This document shows, piece after piece, positions 23,399 to 24,000 of a stretch of DNA of 24,000 nt (within the stretch, counting starts at the first letter, position 1; each line of letters begins with the position of its first letter). Made by a program: the position numbers and the translations under genes. The notes beneath the pieces are model-generated. The model had not been told where the DNA came from and did not search any database. It saw nothing but the letters and a program-made list of their open reading frames with translations. Origin of the DNA: Promethearchaeota archaeon (GTDB lineage: Archaea; Asgardarchaeota; Lokiarchaeia; Sigyniarchaeales; Promethearchaeaceae); assembly GCA_016933055.1 (NCBI GenBank), contig JAFGBS010000004.1:215350-239349 (forward strand), written 5' to 3'.

Positions 23399-24000
23399 TT
23401 ATCCTTTAGCAACTGCTAAAGGAACTAACCTTACAACTTTTTTCACAATTCCGAGGTCATGAGACACCTGTACCACTTGATCTATGTCTTTATAGGCGTC
23501 TGGTGCTTCAGCTGCAATGACTTTATCCGAAGCAGCTTTTATAGAAATCCCCATCTTATTTAGTTCCTTCCGTACTTCACTTCCCCAATGCTTCTTCATA
23601 GCTTTCGTACGGGAAAGTTCTCTACCTGAGCCATGTGCGGAAGATCCGAAGGAAATTTCCATTGATTTAGGTTGTCCCACGCATAAATACGATGCAGTCC
23701 CCATACTTCCTGGGATCAGAACGGGTTGTCCTACGGATTTATATTTTTCCGCAACATCAGGGTGATTTGGTGGAAATGCTCTTGTAGCACCTTTCCTATG
23801 TACGTTTAATTTCATTCGTTTTCCATCTACATCATGTTCCTCTTTTTTCAAAATATTATGACAGATATCATAAATTAGATGCATATCCATGTCTTCTGGG
23901 TCTTTTTCAAATACCTTTCTAAATGATTCGCGTACCCAATGAGTAATCATCTGTCGATTCGACCAAGCAAAATTCGCTGCAGCACCCATTCGTATAAAAT
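23399..24000 (-). CDS. rtcB: RNA-splicing ligase RtcB, C-terminal ~200 aa; the gene continues beyond the window end
   Basis: The frame stays open past the ORF-track Met at 23989 to the window edge. HRKGATRAFPP, GQPVLIPGSMGTASY, SSAHGSGR and EAPDAYKDI match the conserved RtcB C-terminal half. Confidence 0.9.
   Translation of the reverse strand, partial: FIRMGAAANFAWSNRQMITHWVRESFRKVFEKDPEDMDMHLIYDICHNILKKEEHDVDGKRMKLNVHRKGATRAFPPNHPDVAEKYKSVGQPVLIPGSMGTASYLCVGQPKSMEISFGSSAHGSGRELSRTKAMKKHWGSEVRKELNKMGISIKAASDKVIAAEAPDAYKDIDQVVQVSHDLGIVKKVVRLVPLAVAKG

Noticed and set aside
641-23765. Other short ORFs antisense to or nested in confident genes: 641-823, 2102-2287, 2525-2866, 5109-5369, 6739-7065, 10746-11078, 14524-14805, 17495-17773, 18241-18513, 21104-21307, 22942-23136 and 23517-23765.
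   Set aside because: Each is fully contained in, or largely overlaps, a gene with strong motif support on the other strand or frame. None shows a recognisable domain.

Overview
This is an AT-rich archaeal chromosomal segment (about mid-30s % GC by eye, not computed) made almost entirely of housekeeping genes. It begins with divergently transcribed DNA polymerase D genes: a DP2 N-terminal fragment that runs off the window start, and a complete DP1. These are followed by a small SWIM-like ORF tightly coupled to DP1. The rest is a PurSL/PurQ FGAM synthase pair, a nitroreductase, a membrane zinc-ribbon protein, an APC permease, a ketopantoate-reductase-like gene, a Sir2 deacetylase, Orc1/Cdc6, ThiL, a UMF1-type MFS transporter, a geranylgeranyl-reductase-family flavoprotein, CutA, a Pol-beta-type nucleotidyltransferase, a radical-SAM-like enzyme, TFB and the C-terminal part of RtcB. 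Five tRNA genes, all on the minus strand, were found by hand folding: Leu-GAG, Thr-CGT, Ser-TGA, Lys-CTT and Lys-TTT. I found no CRISPR array, transposase or integrase, toxin-antitoxin pair or recognisable defence module. I do not think the window contains a multi-gene novel system. Five signals are most worth follow-up. (1) Two tRNA genes carry introns at non-canonical positions, one in the T-loop and one in the anticodon stem, and I can fold bulge-helix-bulge splice motifs for both by hand. (2) A roughly 750-bp ORF-free gap lies between tRNA-Lys(TTT) and a divergent TFB gene and contains several short repeats and palindromes. (3) An uncharacterised SWIM-like protein appears co-transcribed with the PolD small subunit. 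(4) FGAM synthase has a split large-PurL architecture. (5) A radical-SAM-like protein has a non-canonical cysteine spacing and sits between the two tRNA-Lys genes. All functional calls rest on motif recognition by eye. No database search was run.
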